Source of the DNA: Bacteriovoracaceae bacterium | GTDB taxonomy: Bacteria > Bdellovibrionota > Bacteriovoracia > Bacteriovoracales > Bacteriovoracaceae | Assembly: GCA_041586955.1 (NCBI GenBank) | Contig: JBFGZE010000010.1 | Location: 1 to 59,846, forward strand | Direction of reading: 5' to 3' | Length of the DNA stretch: 59,846 nucleotides | Shown: positions 58,653-59,846 of the stretch, piece after piece | How positions within the stretch are numbered: position 1 is the first letter of the stretch | Layout: each line of letters opens with the position of its first letter | Made by a program: the position numbers and the translations under genes | Notes under the pieces: generated by a model | Database searches by the model: none | The model's input: only the letters and a program-made list of their open reading frames with translations | Told to the model about the DNA's origin: nothing

Positions 58653-58796
58653 CTATTGATGCCTCATATAAGCGGAGATAATGATCCCAATCATCAGCAT
58701 GGCACTGACAACGAGAATAATGTATATCCCACGATCTCCACTGCTTTCTTGGCACTCTAATTCTTTGTGGTCATTGCTAACTTTGTCCTTTTTCAT
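58653..58796 (-). CDS. Small single-TM protein (47 aa)
   Basis: AAGGA RBS before ATG 58796; C-terminal hydrophobic helix; the ORF track extends to 58916. Confidence 0.5.
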   Translation of the reverse strand: MKKDKVSNDHKELECQESSGDRGIYIILVVSAMLMIGIIISAYMRHQ

Positions 58797-58942
58797 ATTT
58801 ATCCTTTTATTAATCCTAGTCTCGATACAACTAAGAGAATTATTGCTCGAATCTTCATGATGTGTTTTAAGATGAAGATTGGCCCAGTAACCTTTATGTA
58901 GATTCATATTAATCAACTTATAAAGATATCCTAATGACTTAA

Positions 58943-58966
58943 TTCGCCCAATTTTCGTTGGGCGAA
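58943..58966. other. 9-bp stem-loop
   Basis: TTCGCCCAA-N6-TTGGGCGAA. Confidence 0.7.
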
Positions 58967-59021
58967 AATATGGCCCTAAAAATATAGAACCATCTAAGTT
59001 TAAAATTCTAATTTTTTAAAA

Positions 59022-59366
59022 TTAAGAATAAAGAGGTACGGGAGGAGCTCGTGGAAGATGAAGATTGACGTATGAATTCAAATATATTCTATTAACAAAA
59101 ACTTGAATTGATACTTTTAAATAATCAAATTTTCTAGCATCACTTGGATCAGGTAATAAACAAAATAAACTTAACTTTTTCTGCTCTTTGTAATCTTCCT
59201 CTATTTTGTTAAAACCATTTATAACTCTAGCGTGATCCCTTGCAAGTGGAGATTCATGAATAGGAATACTATTGAAAAATCCGAGCTCATAATCACTTTC
59301 TAATCGACCTTCTGAAAAAGTCAAAAGTAGTAAGAAAAGCGCCTTAATGAAAATGAGGATATTCAT
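59022..59366 (-). CDS. Signal-peptide ORF ending in a RAPP motif (arrest-peptide/DUF2946-like)
   Basis: Hydrophobic N-terminus; C-terminus HLPRAPPVPLYS. Confidence 0.6.
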   Translation of the reverse strand: MNILIFIKALFLLLLTFSEGRLESDYELGFFNSIPIHESPLARDHARVINGFNKIEEDYKEQKKLSLFCLLPDPSDARKFDYLKVSIQVFVNRIYLNSYVNLHLPRAPPVPLYS

Positions 59367-59532
59367 ACAATAATGATAGCACTAATTAATGAGTTAATAC
59401 CAACGAAAAAACTATTCGCCCCATTGAGGAAGCATTTCATTACCAAGCAATTTGCGTTTTATCTAAAGAGCATAAAGAAGTTATACCTTAACATCTCACA
59501 TCTTATCCCTGCCCCCAGACTTAACATCTACC

Positions 59533-59793
59533 TTATGCTGGAATTCGTTTTGTAAATCGTTTTAGAATCTTAAAAGTTGTTATTTGTAACACACCATCAT
59601 TTAATTTCCCTTTGATGCGAACTCTTTCTTTGCAAAATTGGGATAAATACTGTGCCTTTCCATCCATATAAATGGGATACTCTAACTCTTTTGTACTGGA
59701 TAAGCTTAACCCTATTATATTTCCATCTTCATCCCAATCTGAAGCAATTAATAGGCCTTCATAATTAATAGAATTGACTACGTTTAATTTCAC
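59533..59793 (-). CDS. Small beta-rich (OB-fold-like) hypothetical protein
   Basis: AGGA RBS, GTG start; DWDEDGNI, ERVRIKGK. Confidence 0.65.
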   Translation of the reverse strand: MKLNVVNSINYEGLLIASDWDEDGNIIGLSLSSTKELEYPIYMDGKAQYLSQFCKERVRIKGKLNDGVLQITTFKILKRFTKRIPA

Positions 59794-59846
59794 AATTTCA
59801 TCCTGTTAAAGTTATCGTAACAAGATATTAAGCAAATTGTTGGCCA

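Noticed and set aside
1..59846. rRNA, tRNA, CRISPR arrays, transposases or integrases
   Set aside because: No cloverleaf/T-loop signatures, regularly spaced repeats or recombinase motifs were recognised by eye

Overview
Chromosomal segment of a Gram-negative bacterium. Gene content suggests Bdellovibrionota (Bacteriovorax/Halobacteriovorax-like): many secreted orphan proteins, a class I LysRS and multi-receiver kinases. This taxonomic call is inference only. Housekeeping blocks: thyA-folA, msrB, a NamZ-like muramidase, a complete livKHMGF ABC transporter, class I lysyl-tRNA synthetase, pepP, epmC, a polyprenyl synthase divergent from menG-menF-menD-menA-menC, murI-eno and a signalling cluster with a three-receiver hybrid kinase. 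Accessory highlights: (1) a ~2,500-aa secreted protein with three tandem beta-helix/Ig-like modules fused to a gingipain/PorU-like C25 peptidase (intact His/Cys dyad) and a GGGGC-type C-terminal sorting signal, preceded by a FliA-like promoter; (2) a phospholipase D fused to a transglutaminase/papain-like Cys-His-Asp domain; (3) a CarH/LitR-like photo-oxidative stress cluster with visible 11-bp-spaced operator repeats and a regulator lacking the conserved Trp; (4) an in-frame amber codon 7 codons before the apparent natural end of LysRS; (5) a signal-peptide ORF ending in a RAPP ribosome-arrest-like motif. No rRNA, tRNA, CRISPR array or transposase was recognised. All calls come from reading motifs by eye; no searches were run.
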